A DNA stretch of 64,000 nt, taken from the IMG/VR virus record IMGVR_UViG_3300035701_000003; one strand, given 5' to 3'. Position numbers and translations under genes: made by a program. The notes under the pieces are model-generated. The model did no database searches and was not told where the DNA came from. It saw nothing but the letters and a program-made list of their open reading frames with translations. Below, one piece after another: positions 28,261-39,221 of the stretch; within the stretch, counting starts at the first letter, position 1, and every line of letters begins with the position of its first letter. The DNA comes from a virus.

Positions 28261-30498
28261 ATGGTTCCACTAGATCCTAAATTCTCTTCTGAAACTTTTG
28301 ACTCTATTAACTGGGAGTTAGATAATATTTTTACCTATGGAGCTAAAGACAACTATGATATTATTTCTAAACTTGTTATGAAGAGTTCTTTAGAAGACAC
28401 TTTAAATATTAAGAATAATATTCTTTCCTACAAAGATTTCCCCGAGCGTATAAGAAAATTTACTAGAAATTACTTCGTTAGAGAGATAGAAGAGTTTCCA
28501 GATTTAGTAGAACATCTTGGTACTTTAAAAGTATTTGCAGCTGAAAGACCTCATTATTATGATGCTGATATAGGAGCCGAATACTTTGAGACGCCTAATT
28601 TAATTTTATCTTATATTCCTTTGGATAACCTTTTTACTACGTATGCTAATGGTTTAGTTCACGAAATAGTACATTGCGTTCAGTACTTCTTGCAAAAGAA
28701 AGGAGTAGATGAGACAACACCCGACTATAATAATATTTGTTATAGTAAAGATAGTAAGTTCTATTTAGAAGATAAAGGAGAGAAGAAAGCTAAGGATGCT
28801 GAACTTGCCTTTGTTAAAGAAGCATGGCAAATACAACCCGACTTCGAAGAATTCGAAAAAATACTAAAACAACGCGGTTACTCTTATTATATTGATAACT
28901 ATACTCTTATTATAGATTATAAAGGTTCTGTTAATCTTCCTTTTCTTACTACTCTTCCTGATAACATACAGTTTAATAATAAAGGTTTTGTTTATCTTTA
29001 TTCTCTTACTACTCTTACTACTCTTCCTGATAACATACAGTTTAATAATAAAGGTTATGTTTATCTTTCTTCTCTTACTACTCTTACTACTCTTCCTGAT
29101 AACATACAGTTTAATAATAAAGGTTATGTTGATCTTTCTTCTCTTACTACTCTTCCTGATAGCATACAGTTTAATAATAAAGGTTCTGTTTATCTTCCTT
29201 TTCTTACTCAATTACCTGAGAACAAATATGATATATTTAAGAATGAAGGAATAGTATACTTATACTATAACCTCAGAAACGATAACTGGTCTAGATTCGA
29301 CCCAAGATTAAGAGAAGGTAGTTTGAAATTAGGTTGGCAAATACAACCAGAAACTCTAGATGATTTTATTGGGTGTTTAGTAGATTATGAAGGTGCTGAA
29401 GCTATAGAATCTATAAATAGATTCGGATTGATTACTCGTATAGAAAAATCTGATAGGCCGGGCGATGAACCCGGTACCTTAAAAGTTTGGGGATATTGGT
29501 CCGATGACCCGGAATATGTTATGTATATGGTTCACTATTTTAATAGGGACAGATACTTTGCTGAAACTTTTTGGCCTATGCTTCCAGAAGATGCTAATAA
29601 ATTGAAAGTTTTAAAGAGAGTAATTAATTCTTCTCTTAAATTTTCTTGGTCTCAATTTCCCGCCTTTATTCAAGATTTACAAGAAGGGGATATTATTTGG
29701 GATGACGGTAACGATAAGTATAGAATTAAAAAAATAAATTATGAAGATAAAGAAGTATTATTAGAAGAAGTATTCGCCTCTGGTAATTTTGATGCGCCTT
29801 TTTGGATTAACGAACAAGATATGCTAGAACATGGTTTTTATAAAGACCCTCCCCACGAGAGATTTCGAAGGGGTATGGAGAGTTCCCTTAAATTTTCTTC
29901 TCTTACTGATAAAAACGAACAGCTTTTCAATCAACGCTATAAAAACTATGGGGAAGATGGTGGAAATCTCTTCTGGAGTGATAAAGAGAATCAATATAAA
30001 AGATTCAAGTTACTATCCGATATTGGTATACTTAATGAAGCCACCATATTAGATGTCGGTGTGGGGTTTGGCGATTTACTGGATTACTTCGAAGAAAGCA
30101 ATATTAAACCTGAAAAGTACTTGGGAATTGACGTCGTTCCCGCTATAATTCAAATAGCAAAGAAAAAACATACAGAATATCCTTTTTATGTTAGAGATAT
30201 AGTTAAAGAACCCTTTCCCGAGAATTCCTTTGATTTTTGTATAGGTTCGGGTTTATTTGCACTTAATGATAAGGACTGGAGTGAATCTGTTGTAAATTTA
30301 GTTAAATCTATGTATAATACTTGTAAAAAAGGAGTTGCTGTTAACTTTCTTTCTGGTAAAGTATTAAGTGATATGTTTAGGACTACTACTAAGGAAGAAA
30401 TATTTAAGTTGACTAAAGATAATGTTACAAATGATATGAAGATTATAGAGTCTAATGATATAGAAGATATCACCCTTTATTTGTATAAACAGGAGTAA
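28261..30498 (+). CDS. Modular linker-motif protein: HExxH metallopeptidase unit, LRR cassette, two small units, class I SAM methyltransferase
   Basis: LVHEIVH; 20-aa LRRs; ILDVGVGFGD...YLGIDVV...FDFCIGSGLF; linkers KEAW, KLGW, KFSW, KFSS. Confidence 0.8.
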   Translation: MVPLDPKFSSETFDSINWELDNIFTYGAKDNYDIISKLVMKSSLEDTLNIKNNILSYKDFPERIRKFTRNYFVREIEEFPDLVEHLGTLKVFAAERPHYYDADIGAEYFETPNLILSYIPLDNLFTTYANGLVHEIVHCVQYFLQKKGVDETTPDYNNICYSKDSKFYLEDKGEKKAKDAELAFVKEAWQIQPDFEEFEKILKQRGYSYYIDNYTLIIDYKGSVNLPFLTTLPDNIQFNNKGFVYLYSLTTLTTLPDNIQFNNKGYVYLSSLTTLTTLPDNIQFNNKGYVDLSSLTTLPDSIQFNNKGSVYLPFLTQLPENKYDIFKNEGIVYLYYNLRNDNWSRFDPRLREGSLKLGWQIQPETLDDFIGCLVDYEGAEAIESINRFGLITRIEKSDRPGDEPGTLKVWGYWSDDPEYVMYMVHYFNRDRYFAETFWPMLPEDANKLKVLKRVINSSLKFSWSQFPAFIQDLQEGDIIWDDGNDKYRIKKINYEDKEVLLEEVFASGNFDAPFWINEQDMLEHGFYKDPPHERFRRGMESSLKFSSLTDKNEQLFNQRYKNYGEDGGNLFWSDKENQYKRFKLLSDIGILNEATILDVGVGFGDLLDYFEESNIKPEKYLGIDVVPAIIQIAKKKHTEYPFYVRDIVKEPFPENSFDFCIGSGLFALNDKDWSESVVNLVKSMYNTCKKGVAVNFLSGKVLSDMFRTTTKEEIFKLTKDNVTNDMKIIESNDIEDITLYLYKQE
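28822..29340 (+). repeat. LRR cassette copy A (five 60-66 bp units)
   Basis: Unit aaaggtNNtgttNatcttNNttctcttactactcttcctgataacatacagtttaataat. Confidence 0.9.
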
Positions 30499-30500
30499 GA

Positions 30501-33500
30501 TTGGATAAGGTTTTTGTAAGTAAAGTTTCCGCTTTACTTAATAACAGAGAAGGCAGACCGATTAATGAAGAAGATATTTATCAATATTTAACTTCTCAAG
30601 GTTATCCTATATCGTCTATGGAGGATTTAAAAATCGACCTCCACGAGATGTATAGTAAAGGTTTCATTTATCCTTACCAAGGTTATTGGTATCCCACCTA
30701 TCATTCCGAAGTTTGTGGTGCTGCTAATATTTCTCCAGATTCTAAAAATACTTTTAGATATCCAGCGGTTCAATATAGTTCTTTATTAACTAACTATGAA
30801 AAAGTAAAACCCGAAACTAGAGATAAATATAAGGAGGAGTGGAAAGATAAATTAACTAAGTATTATGATTACTTTAAGAAGAGCCATCCTGAGTATAGTA
30901 ACTTCTTTAAGTGGGTAGACCAAAGTTCGCCTAATTATTATGAATTTATAAAAGACGCTATGGCTATATTCTTACAAATGAATATGGAGCATAATAATAT
31001 TAAATACCCTGGTACTCAGTATTCCATCCCCGATGAGTTGACTACTATAGAGCACGCTATGAACGAGGCTGTTTATAGATTAACTACTTTTATGAAGAAG
31101 GAACATGGGGCTAAAGTTATTTCCCCGGACATTTATAGAAAAGCTTATGATAATGTAGCTGAGTTATCTGCTGAGATTCAATCTAAATTTATACTGGAAG
31201 TAATTTCTACTTCTCCTTCTGGTACTGTTATATCAGCAGATACTGTTAAAAAGTTTACTGAAACGGCTTTAAAGAAAAATCTTCCTAAGGAAGTCTCTCC
31301 TGATTTCTTTCTTAACGTAATAGAAGGAAAGTTGTCTAATCTAAAGCATTCTAAAGAAAAAGGGGTATTTTTATATAATACTTCAGCAACTACTATTGCT
31401 ACTTACTTACAAGATGCTTTACTTAAGAGTCCCGAATTTGTTAGTGCTTGGAATACCTTTATGAAAACTAAAGGTGGTTTCCAGGGTAAAGCCGATCAAA
31501 TAACTACTAAAGTTTGGTCTGGTATTACAGCACCTGGTATTGATTTCTTTAAAGAAAAAGGATTAGATTTAGAGAAAGTAACTATAAGTAATTCTAATCT
31601 TAGTAATTGCAATTTTACTAACGCCGACCTTTCTGGAACTTCTATAACCAATTGTAACTTACGTGGTAGTTTATTTAAGGAGAGTGTTTTTAAACCCTCT
31701 ACTTTTACAGGTAATGATATTACTAAGATGGACGTAGACGGCGCTGTTTTAAGTAAAAATATAACGTGGGATGAGAATAAGGGGCAACCTATTAACTTAG
31801 TTTACCGAGAAGTATCTTATGATAAAAAGGACTTAGATAATATTGTAAAAAGCCCACAGGTATACTCTTACGCCTTCCCTTTGTCAGAGGCCGAAGAAGG
31901 AGACGCTTTAAATTTAGTTTATGCATTGAAGGGTTATTTAGATAGTCTTCAAATACTTAGTTTTAAAAAGAATAACTTACTTAAACTTGGATGGCAAATA
32001 CAACTCGAATTCTCTAAATTTGAAAATATTTTAAAAAATAAAAACTATTCTTATTATATTGATAACTATACCCTTATTATAAATCACAAAGGATATGTTG
32101 ACCTTGATGCTCTTACTCAATTACCTGAGAACATACAATTTAACAACAAAGGATATGTTAACCTTAATTCTCTTACTCAATTACCTGAGAACACGCAATT
32201 TAACAACAAAGGAGATGTTGAACTTCGCTCTCTTACTCAATTACCTGAGAACATACAATTTAACAATGAAGGATATGTTTCCCTTGATTCTCTTACTCAA
32301 TTACCTGAGAACATACAATTTAACAATGAAGGATATGTTTCCCTTGATGCTCTTACTCAATTACCTGAGAACAAATATAATATATTTAAGAATGAAGGGG
32401 AAGTATTATATAACCTCAGAAACTATATATGGTTGGAATTTGACCCAAGAGTAAGAGAAGGTAGTTTGAAATTAATTAAAACTTCTTCTTTATCTGATAA
32501 TGAAATAACTTCATTAAAGAGTTGGTTAGAGTCACCTGAAAATATTCCTGATATAGAAGCAGAAGATTTAAGGAAGTGGTTAGCTGATAAAAATAAATCT
32601 GGCGAATTAACCGAAGCTGGTTTTAATAGAAAAGATATTAATTTACTTTTTGGAAGAGCTTCTACTTTAACAGGAGGACCAAAAAAACCCCCTTCTGAAA
32701 TAGCCCGGGATAAACGAAATGAATTATCTCAGAATTTCGCTAAAGCATATGGAGGTAAAGATAGTATTCCTAAAACGGCTCTCCTTGGAGTACTAACTAA
32801 TAATGAAGGTAATTTATATGATTGGTTGCTGGACTTGCCTGATAAAGTTACTTATAAGGATATTTTTAACCTTTATCATGCATTACTATCTTCTCTTAAG
32901 CAATTCCACCTTACCTCTGGAGCGACTACTTTAACTAGGAAATACGAACACCTTCCTTATACTACTTATGTAACCGACCTTTCTGATACTGAACGGGGCG
33001 TATCCGGTAAAGGTACTCAATTTGGAGTAGCCTTAGTACCTATTTACAATCTTATGCCAAGTGGAGTAGCAGAGGTTGCTCAGAGAGCTGTACATGAGGG
33101 TACTACTCACATGTATGAAGGATTAGCTTTTTCTAGGATAGCTCCTGTAATATACCACGAAATTAGAAGTGGCGTAAAAGGAAAAATATTTAAAAAGGTT
33201 TGGGCTATAAGCGAGATGCAATCGGATTCTTACCAAAAGTCTGGTAAATCGGAGGACCCCGACTCTAAAGAAGTAGGCGACGAGCGAGAAAATTTACATA
33301 AAGAATATTATAAGACAGAGGCTGAATTAGATAAGGCTATGAAGAATTTTCGTAGATATACACATCATTGGCCTGAAAATTTATTAAATGCTATTATTGA
33401 ATTGGCCCAAAAGCACAACGTTGATGAAATTTGGATGCCTACTAGTAAGGATGTAGTTATGAAGACTGGCAAAAATGAATATACTCAAGAGGCTTGGTAT

Positions 33501-36500
33501 AAATATTATGATAGACCCGCTAAAACCTTCGGGGGTAAGTTAAAGAACGTCGGGGCAGATATATCACTAGACCCTGGTTCAAGTTATTCTCATAAAAGGG
33601 CAGAATGGTATGTAATTCCCGTGAAGAAACAGACTAAAGAAGGAAGTCTAAATTTTTCATCCCAAGATCCTTCCTTTAATGATTATGATTCTACTCGTAA
33701 TGATTTCTTTATGTACGATAAAGACCAACCCTCCGGTAATGACTCTCTTGATATGCAGCAGTCTTATTATACGGACTTAATGTATTTGAAGGATACTGAT
33801 AAAGAGAAAAAAGAAAGAGACTCTCTTGATTGGACTGGAAGAGAAAATTTACAATTAGGTTTCGGTTCTCTTAAACTCTCTTGGCAAGAGCAGCCTGAAG
33901 AACGTCACTTTTATGACATTTATATAAGAACAGAACAAGGTAGATTACTTCCTATTACTACTGTTTATGCAGTTGATAAGGAACAAGCCTTGAAAGAAGG
34001 TAAAAGTTCCGCACAAAGGTCTTCTATTGTCAGAAGAGTAATGAATTACGAGGAGAACTATACTTTTGTAGCAATAGAAAAAAAATCTTCTTCTCTCAAA
34101 TTTTCTAACGATATCTATTTTGATTCGACTCCTTCTGAAGATACTACTCCAGAAGAGAGAAACTTTACAAACCCCCTTCCCGATAAAAAACTTAGAAGAA
34201 CCGACCCTAAGAAATACGATAGGAGACATGATTGGTATTCTCAATCCCCAGACTCCGAAGTAAGTAATAGATATGATAATTCTATTCCTTTAGAGGCTAG
34301 TTTGAAATTAGGTTGGACTTTTCAACCTCCTGTAATAGCTAAAGATTTATATGAATCTGGAGAATGGTTAAAATATATTCCCCGCAGTATGAAACCCGCT
34401 AAATCTCGAAAGTATATAGTAGGGGAACCTGTTTACATTACAATTGGGGGTAACAAACCTGTTTATCCCGATGTTTTTTATTTCGTGGGTTCTTGTAATA
34501 GTCCCTATACTGGTTATTATATACTTGTTAATGATAAAGGAGAAATTAGAAGAAGTAATAATATTAAAAAAGTAGAAGAAGTCAATCCTAAACTTATTGA
34601 GAAATTGAGGAAAAAGAAAACTTCTTCTCTTAAATTAGGTTGGAGAACTACCCCGGAACTTGGTACTTTGGATGCTCTCAAGAATTTCATTTCTACTATG
34701 GAACCTAACGTTAGGTATAAATTTCCTAATTACCCTTATGAAGGAATAGAACTTGAATATGAGGATCCTGATGATGAAGGTATAATGCTATATACCTGGA
34801 CTTTGCAACGTAACTGGGATTACATACAAATGCCCGGACCAGTGTTTCCTTTGCATGGTAATATGGTAGTTTTTTGGAGAAAAAGGCAAAGTGCTGAAAA
34901 ATCTTTATACAAGGAATTGAAATGGTTCTATGATGAAACTACTGGGGAATTAAGCGAACGATGGAAAAATAAAAAGACCAGTTCTCTTCACTTTGGTTGG
35001 AAAATGCCCGAAAATATTAATGAAATTGCTAAAATGTTAGTAGCTCCTGAAAACTGGTATATAAGAACTTTTGTAAATAAAAAAACACGCGCGCTTATTC
35101 TTTATTTAGATGAGAAATTTATAGAAAAATACGAAAAAGGATATGATAGAATGAGGGCTATGGAATATTCGCCTCTTCCAAAGGGGACTCTCGATAGTGC
35201 TGTAAATAGTATTAAGGAGCAACTGGATAATTATGGAATGACTAACTATACTGTAAAGGTAGATAAAGACTTCCCGCATGCTATACGATTTTACTTTCCA
35301 ATAGAAAGAACTTCTCTTAAGACTCCTTGGAAAGACGTAATGAAGGAGATTAAGGAAAAATATGATAGATATGTTATGTGGGTTCAGAATAATATAGGTG
35401 GTTATTCTCTTTTAATTAGCCTGACACCGCGTAGCCCTAAATTAAAAGAAATAGTTGATTTATTAAGAGATCGTACTGGTATAGAACCCGAAGTAGTATC
35501 TCCAGGAGGACCTCCTCATTACGGACCCTCTACTAGAATTTATATTACAACTCCTATTACTTCTTCTCTTAAACTCGGCTGGCAGCTATTTAATGATATA
35601 GAAGTAGGCGATACAGTAGAAGTGATTAAAGAGATAAGTGATGGCAGTTATAGATTACACATTGGTACTAGAGGTGAGGTCGACAATATACAAACTAGCA
35701 CCCCTAGCTTTAATAGAATGGGTATAACTGTTTATATGTTTAGAGATAGAGATGTACAAAGACCAGAGCATTGGTATGTATTTTCAGATGAAGTAAAAAA
35801 GGTTACAGAAAGCTCTCTTCACTTTAGTTGGCAAGTACAACCAGATGTTAATAATCTTTCCGGAATAGATTTAGCCCGGGCGCTCTCTACAGATGGTTGG
35901 CGTTATGTATACGACTCCGGAGCGAGACATTTTTACTTAGAAAACGATAATAATCATTATATTATTTTCCTACCTTATGATTTTGAAAAAGATGAATCCG
36001 GCATTAGAGAAGAAATGGGCTTAGTGGCGGATCCTTATAAGAAATGGATGATACAAGTAGGAAATGAATTTAAAGGTACTATAGATATGGAATATGTACC
36101 TACTATAGCGGAAGCTATACGAATAATTGGGGAATGGAAACAGAAATACATCCGTAAAAACGACCCGAGAAGGGCGTCTCTTAAATTCTCTGATTTACAA
36201 GACTACCCTTGGGATGAAATAAAACATAACCTCGAACATCATTTTGATTACATTATAAATGAAAACCGAAAGAAATTCCCCGATGTAGAAGAGTATGTTA
36301 CTGATGAGATGATGGCGCAATTCGCCTACAAAACCTTTTTTATGGAATATAATATTCCAGGTGTGTGGAGAGGAGACCCTGAATTTGTTGATGAAGTAAA
36401 AAGAATTATTAAAGATGATTTAGGTTATAAGATTTACAGTCCTCCTTATATTGACTGGTTTCACTGGATACAAAAGGCCTGGGACGATATAAGATATTTT

Positions 36501-39221
36501 TTAAAGAACCAAAGAGAAAATATAGCCCCTGATATGAATGTTTCTGATCAAGAGTTAGCGAGGGACTGGTTAAAACTATGGCAAGAAGAGAAGCAAGTGC
36601 CAATGGATATTCAAAGAGCCGTTTGGTATCATAGTGTATTTCTAAAGGCTATTCAAATTATGTTCGAAGATAAGGGTTTAGGTGATGTATTAGGTACTGA
36701 ATATCAAGCACCCCAATCTCCAGAGGAAAGAACCGAACAGATTTTGAGACCGAATACTGGAGTTAACGAAGATGAAGGAGACATACCCGTTGATAGAGAA
36801 GGCAACCCAATACCGAAGGAGGAAGATATATGGGCAGGTACTAATTATAAACCTTCTAAAGAAGAAGTACCAACTGAAGAAGTTCCCGAAGTAAATACTG
36901 ATGAACTTTTAGATGAATTACATGATGCTATAAGTAAAGGAGATACAGCTAAGGCTGATGAGATAAAAAAGAAATTAAATGGATTACAAAGTAAATCCTC
37001 CTTAAAACTAGACGGAAATTATGATGATGAAGAAGAGAGAGAAGAAGATTATTTTAGCACTAAAGGGGACATCTCTCATTCTGATGAAAATGCTCTCATG
37101 GTAGTTTTGAATACTTACGGTAAAGACTTAAATATTAAAGATATCCAGAAGGAATTACTTATAAACGGTATTTTAGCAGAGCAATTACTAACCGATATCT
37201 TAGAAGAATCTTACCCCGATACATATTTATTAAAATTCTGGAGGGCTTTCCATAAAAAGTATCCGCAATGGGATTATATTTTAAAAAACAGTATGTTTGA
37301 TAGTGAGGGTAATCAAATACCTTTTCATAATATAAGAGAATCTTCTCTTAAACTATCTGGGCTTACTCCAGATGATATTTTTTCTGGTTATCCTTTTATA
37401 TATGATAAAAAAACACATCGGCTTTATGTAGGTGAATATAACAGCACTCATCAGGAGATGCCTGAGCTATATTCTGGGGAATTAAAAGAATACGGGGTAG
37501 GTTTACAGAGACAGGAAGATCTGCAAGATAACTACAATATGGGAATAAAATACATACAGGGGAGAGTTTCTGGCGGTAAAGACACCGTAGCTTTTTGGGA
37601 GCAATCATCTCCTACTGTAGATAATAAAGATGATTATACCGATTGTATCTTTCAACTTCAACAAAAGGAAGTAGTAGGTTCAAATCCTTACATATACTTT
37701 ACAGGAGGTTATAAAAGATCCTTTAAAGATTTTGTAGAGTTTCCGGCAAGAGAAGCAAGTCTTAAACTCTCTTGGCAAGTACAACCAGAAACTAAAATAG
37801 AAGTTGGTGGTATAAAACATAGAATACTTCAAGTTATTTGGAAGTCTCCGGATCATATAGGTAAGTATATTGATATACAACCTGTTTACGGGCAAGCTTT
37901 TCAATACTTCAGTCAATTACAAGATAAAGGATGTGTAGAGAGAGTAGCGCCTGGTAGGTATGCGCTTACTCTTACGGGTAGAACGATTCTCGAAATTTTA
38001 AATGGTAGAAAAGCTTCCTTAAAGTTTAGTTGGGAAGTACAACCTGAAACATATACTGTATCCCCCGAAGACTGGAATAAGCATTTAGAAGAAACCGTAT
38101 TGTATTTAACGACAGTGCAGTTCCGTTCCGAGGCTCTTTTTTGGAGGGTTATGAGAGGAATTGCTTCTACTAATCATACTGTACTTACACCTGAATTACT
38201 TTATGCAGGAGATTCTTATAAAGACGCTAAAAAGTTTGTTAATGAATATGTAAACTATGATTTTTATTTTATATCGAGAGGGGAATACGATTATTTACAG
38301 AAAAATAAGAAGCAATCCAGTCTCGTGTTTAATATAGATAAGAAAGGACAAGAAAATGAGCAAAATAGTGGAAGCCAAACGCCCCAAATCCCCCAAGAAA
38401 CCCAAATACAATTGGAAGAGAAGCACCACGAGAAAGCTAATGAAGAAACATCACAGCACCTTCAAAAAACTGTCATAAGTTATCCTACTCTTTATGATAT
38501 AATAAGGGAGCACGATGATATAATACAAGAATTCGGAGGGCTTCAGGGGATATTAGCCGGTGGAGAAAATAGAATAGAAGCAGCTATCGGCAGAATGCAA
38601 TCCGGTTTTGGTGATCTAGAGTTCTATGTTAGTGTTTTAGAAAAAGCTGCTGTACTATGCCATTCAATAGTTACGACGCATCCCTTTAATGACGCAAATA
38701 AAAGAATTGCTTTTATGTCTGTAGTACATTTCTTATATGATAACGGGTTTGCTTTGGGGGAAGCGGATACTTTTGGGGATATTATTATACAAGTAGCTGA
38801 TAACAACGCTGGTTATGAACATTTGATTCAATGGTTACAGGCTAATGCTAAAGAAATAGAAAGTACTCAAGGAGAAACTTTAGAGAAACTAACTTGGAAA
38901 GTACTCGACCCTCAAGCAGAGGAAATTGATGTAATTCAAAAACTCTTTCCCGGAGCTAAGTTAATAGTTTTTGATAATATAGATGGTCAAGGAACCTCAG
39001 AAGTTAACGTTCTAGTTAAGGATTTCTTGAAAAAGTTTCCGGCCGAAACTGATTACTTTTTGGATGATTGGAAAGAAACAGAATATGGAGGATATACCTG
39101 GAATATTAGTGATGATGATCGTATGTATATATCTACTTTTATTCACGGCCCGAGCGAAGAAAACACAATGTCTAGTCTCATATTAAAAAATACAATATTA
39201 GAATTTAAAGAAGGTGAATGA
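30501..39221 (+). CDS. 2906-aa polyvalent linker-motif polyprotein (pentapeptide repeats, LRR cassette, EMQSD domain, SH3-like units, Doc domain)
   Basis: About 18 linker instances; SNLSNCNFTNADLSG pentapeptides; ISEMQSD...WPENLL..IIELA.KHNVDEIWMP; HPFNDANKR; TTG start. Confidence 0.85.
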   Translation: MDKVFVSKVSALLNNREGRPINEEDIYQYLTSQGYPISSMEDLKIDLHEMYSKGFIYPYQGYWYPTYHSEVCGAANISPDSKNTFRYPAVQYSSLLTNYEKVKPETRDKYKEEWKDKLTKYYDYFKKSHPEYSNFFKWVDQSSPNYYEFIKDAMAIFLQMNMEHNNIKYPGTQYSIPDELTTIEHAMNEAVYRLTTFMKKEHGAKVISPDIYRKAYDNVAELSAEIQSKFILEVISTSPSGTVISADTVKKFTETALKKNLPKEVSPDFFLNVIEGKLSNLKHSKEKGVFLYNTSATTIATYLQDALLKSPEFVSAWNTFMKTKGGFQGKADQITTKVWSGITAPGIDFFKEKGLDLEKVTISNSNLSNCNFTNADLSGTSITNCNLRGSLFKESVFKPSTFTGNDITKMDVDGAVLSKNITWDENKGQPINLVYREVSYDKKDLDNIVKSPQVYSYAFPLSEAEEGDALNLVYALKGYLDSLQILSFKKNNLLKLGWQIQLEFSKFENILKNKNYSYYIDNYTLIINHKGYVDLDALTQLPENIQFNNKGYVNLNSLTQLPENTQFNNKGDVELRSLTQLPENIQFNNEGYVSLDSLTQLPENIQFNNEGYVSLDALTQLPENKYNIFKNEGEVLYNLRNYIWLEFDPRVREGSLKLIKTSSLSDNEITSLKSWLESPENIPDIEAEDLRKWLADKNKSGELTEAGFNRKDINLLFGRASTLTGGPKKPPSEIARDKRNELSQNFAKAYGGKDSIPKTALLGVLTNNEGNLYDWLLDLPDKVTYKDIFNLYHALLSSLKQFHLTSGATTLTRKYEHLPYTTYVTDLSDTERGVSGKGTQFGVALVPIYNLMPSGVAEVAQRAVHEGTTHMYEGLAFSRIAPVIYHEIRSGVKGKIFKKVWAISEMQSDSYQKSGKSEDPDSKEVGDERENLHKEYYKTEAELDKAMKNFRRYTHHWPENLLNAIIELAQKHNVDEIWMPTSKDVVMKTGKNEYTQEAWYKYYDRPAKTFGGKLKNVGADISLDPGSSYSHKRAEWYVIPVKKQTKEGSLNFSSQDPSFNDYDSTRNDFFMYDKDQPSGNDSLDMQQSYYTDLMYLKDTDKEKKERDSLDWTGRENLQLGFGSLKLSWQEQPEERHFYDIYIRTEQGRLLPITTVYAVDKEQALKEGKSSAQRSSIVRRVMNYEENYTFVAIEKKSSSLKFSNDIYFDSTPSEDTTPEERNFTNPLPDKKLRRTDPKKYDRRHDWYSQSPDSEVSNRYDNSIPLEASLKLGWTFQPPVIAKDLYESGEWLKYIPRSMKPAKSRKYIVGEPVYITIGGNKPVYPDVFYFVGSCNSPYTGYYILVNDKGEIRRSNNIKKVEEVNPKLIEKLRKKKTSSLKLGWRTTPELGTLDALKNFISTMEPNVRYKFPNYPYEGIELEYEDPDDEGIMLYTWTLQRNWDYIQMPGPVFPLHGNMVVFWRKRQSAEKSLYKELKWFYDETTGELSERWKNKKTSSLHFGWKMPENINEIAKMLVAPENWYIRTFVNKKTRALILYLDEKFIEKYEKGYDRMRAMEYSPLPKGTLDSAVNSIKEQLDNYGMTNYTVKVDKDFPHAIRFYFPIERTSLKTPWKDVMKEIKEKYDRYVMWVQNNIGGYSLLISLTPRSPKLKEIVDLLRDRTGIEPEVVSPGGPPHYGPSTRIYITTPITSSLKLGWQLFNDIEVGDTVEVIKEISDGSYRLHIGTRGEVDNIQTSTPSFNRMGITVYMFRDRDVQRPEHWYVFSDEVKKVTESSLHFSWQVQPDVNNLSGIDLARALSTDGWRYVYDSGARHFYLENDNNHYIIFLPYDFEKDESGIREEMGLVADPYKKWMIQVGNEFKGTIDMEYVPTIAEAIRIIGEWKQKYIRKNDPRRASLKFSDLQDYPWDEIKHNLEHHFDYIINENRKKFPDVEEYVTDEMMAQFAYKTFFMEYNIPGVWRGDPEFVDEVKRIIKDDLGYKIYSPPYIDWFHWIQKAWDDIRYFLKNQRENIAPDMNVSDQELARDWLKLWQEEKQVPMDIQRAVWYHSVFLKAIQIMFEDKGLGDVLGTEYQAPQSPEERTEQILRPNTGVNEDEGDIPVDREGNPIPKEEDIWAGTNYKPSKEEVPTEEVPEVNTDELLDELHDAISKGDTAKADEIKKKLNGLQSKSSLKLDGNYDDEEEREEDYFSTKGDISHSDENALMVVLNTYGKDLNIKDIQKELLINGILAEQLLTDILEESYPDTYLLKFWRAFHKKYPQWDYILKNSMFDSEGNQIPFHNIRESSLKLSGLTPDDIFSGYPFIYDKKTHRLYVGEYNSTHQEMPELYSGELKEYGVGLQRQEDLQDNYNMGIKYIQGRVSGGKDTVAFWEQSSPTVDNKDDYTDCIFQLQQKEVVGSNPYIYFTGGYKRSFKDFVEFPAREASLKLSWQVQPETKIEVGGIKHRILQVIWKSPDHIGKYIDIQPVYGQAFQYFSQLQDKGCVERVAPGRYALTLTGRTILEILNGRKASLKFSWEVQPETYTVSPEDWNKHLEETVLYLTTVQFRSEALFWRVMRGIASTNHTVLTPELLYAGDSYKDAKKFVNEYVNYDFYFISRGEYDYLQKNKKQSSLVFNIDKKGQENEQNSGSQTPQIPQETQIQLEEKHHEKANEETSQHLQKTVISYPTLYDIIREHDDIIQEFGGLQGILAGGENRIEAAIGRMQSGFGDLEFYVSVLEKAAVLCHSIVTTHPFNDANKRIAFMSVVHFLYDNGFALGEADTFGDIIIQVADNNAGYEHLIQWLQANAKEIESTQGETLEKLTWKVLDPQAEEIDVIQKLFPGAKLIVFDNIDGQGTSEVNVLVKDFLKKFPAETDYFLDDWKETEYGGYTWNISDDDRMYISTFIHGPSEENTMSSLILKNTILEFKEGE
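31992..32475 (+). repeat. LRR cassette copy B (five 60-bp units)
   Basis: Unit ggaNatgttNNNcttNNNNctcttactcaattacctgagaacatacaatttaacaa. Confidence 0.9.
38470..38860 (+). other. Doc-family (Fic superfamily) domain within the 2906-aa protein
   Basis: EKAAVLCHSIVTTHPFNDANKRIAF; motif at 38679-38705 matches the Doc consensus HxFxDANKR. Confidence 0.88.

Noticed and set aside
28921-29220. Diversity-generating retroelement explanation for LRR variation
   Set aside because: No reverse transcriptase in the window; many adenines (aat aat aaa) are invariant and some changes are at non-A positions; the pattern fits recombination between copies
28864-29254. Alternate-frame ORFs over the LRR cassettes (28864-, 28988+, 32095+, 48030-, 48154+)
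   Set aside because: Shadow frames of low-complexity repeats, fully nested in larger genes, with no RBS or family motifs
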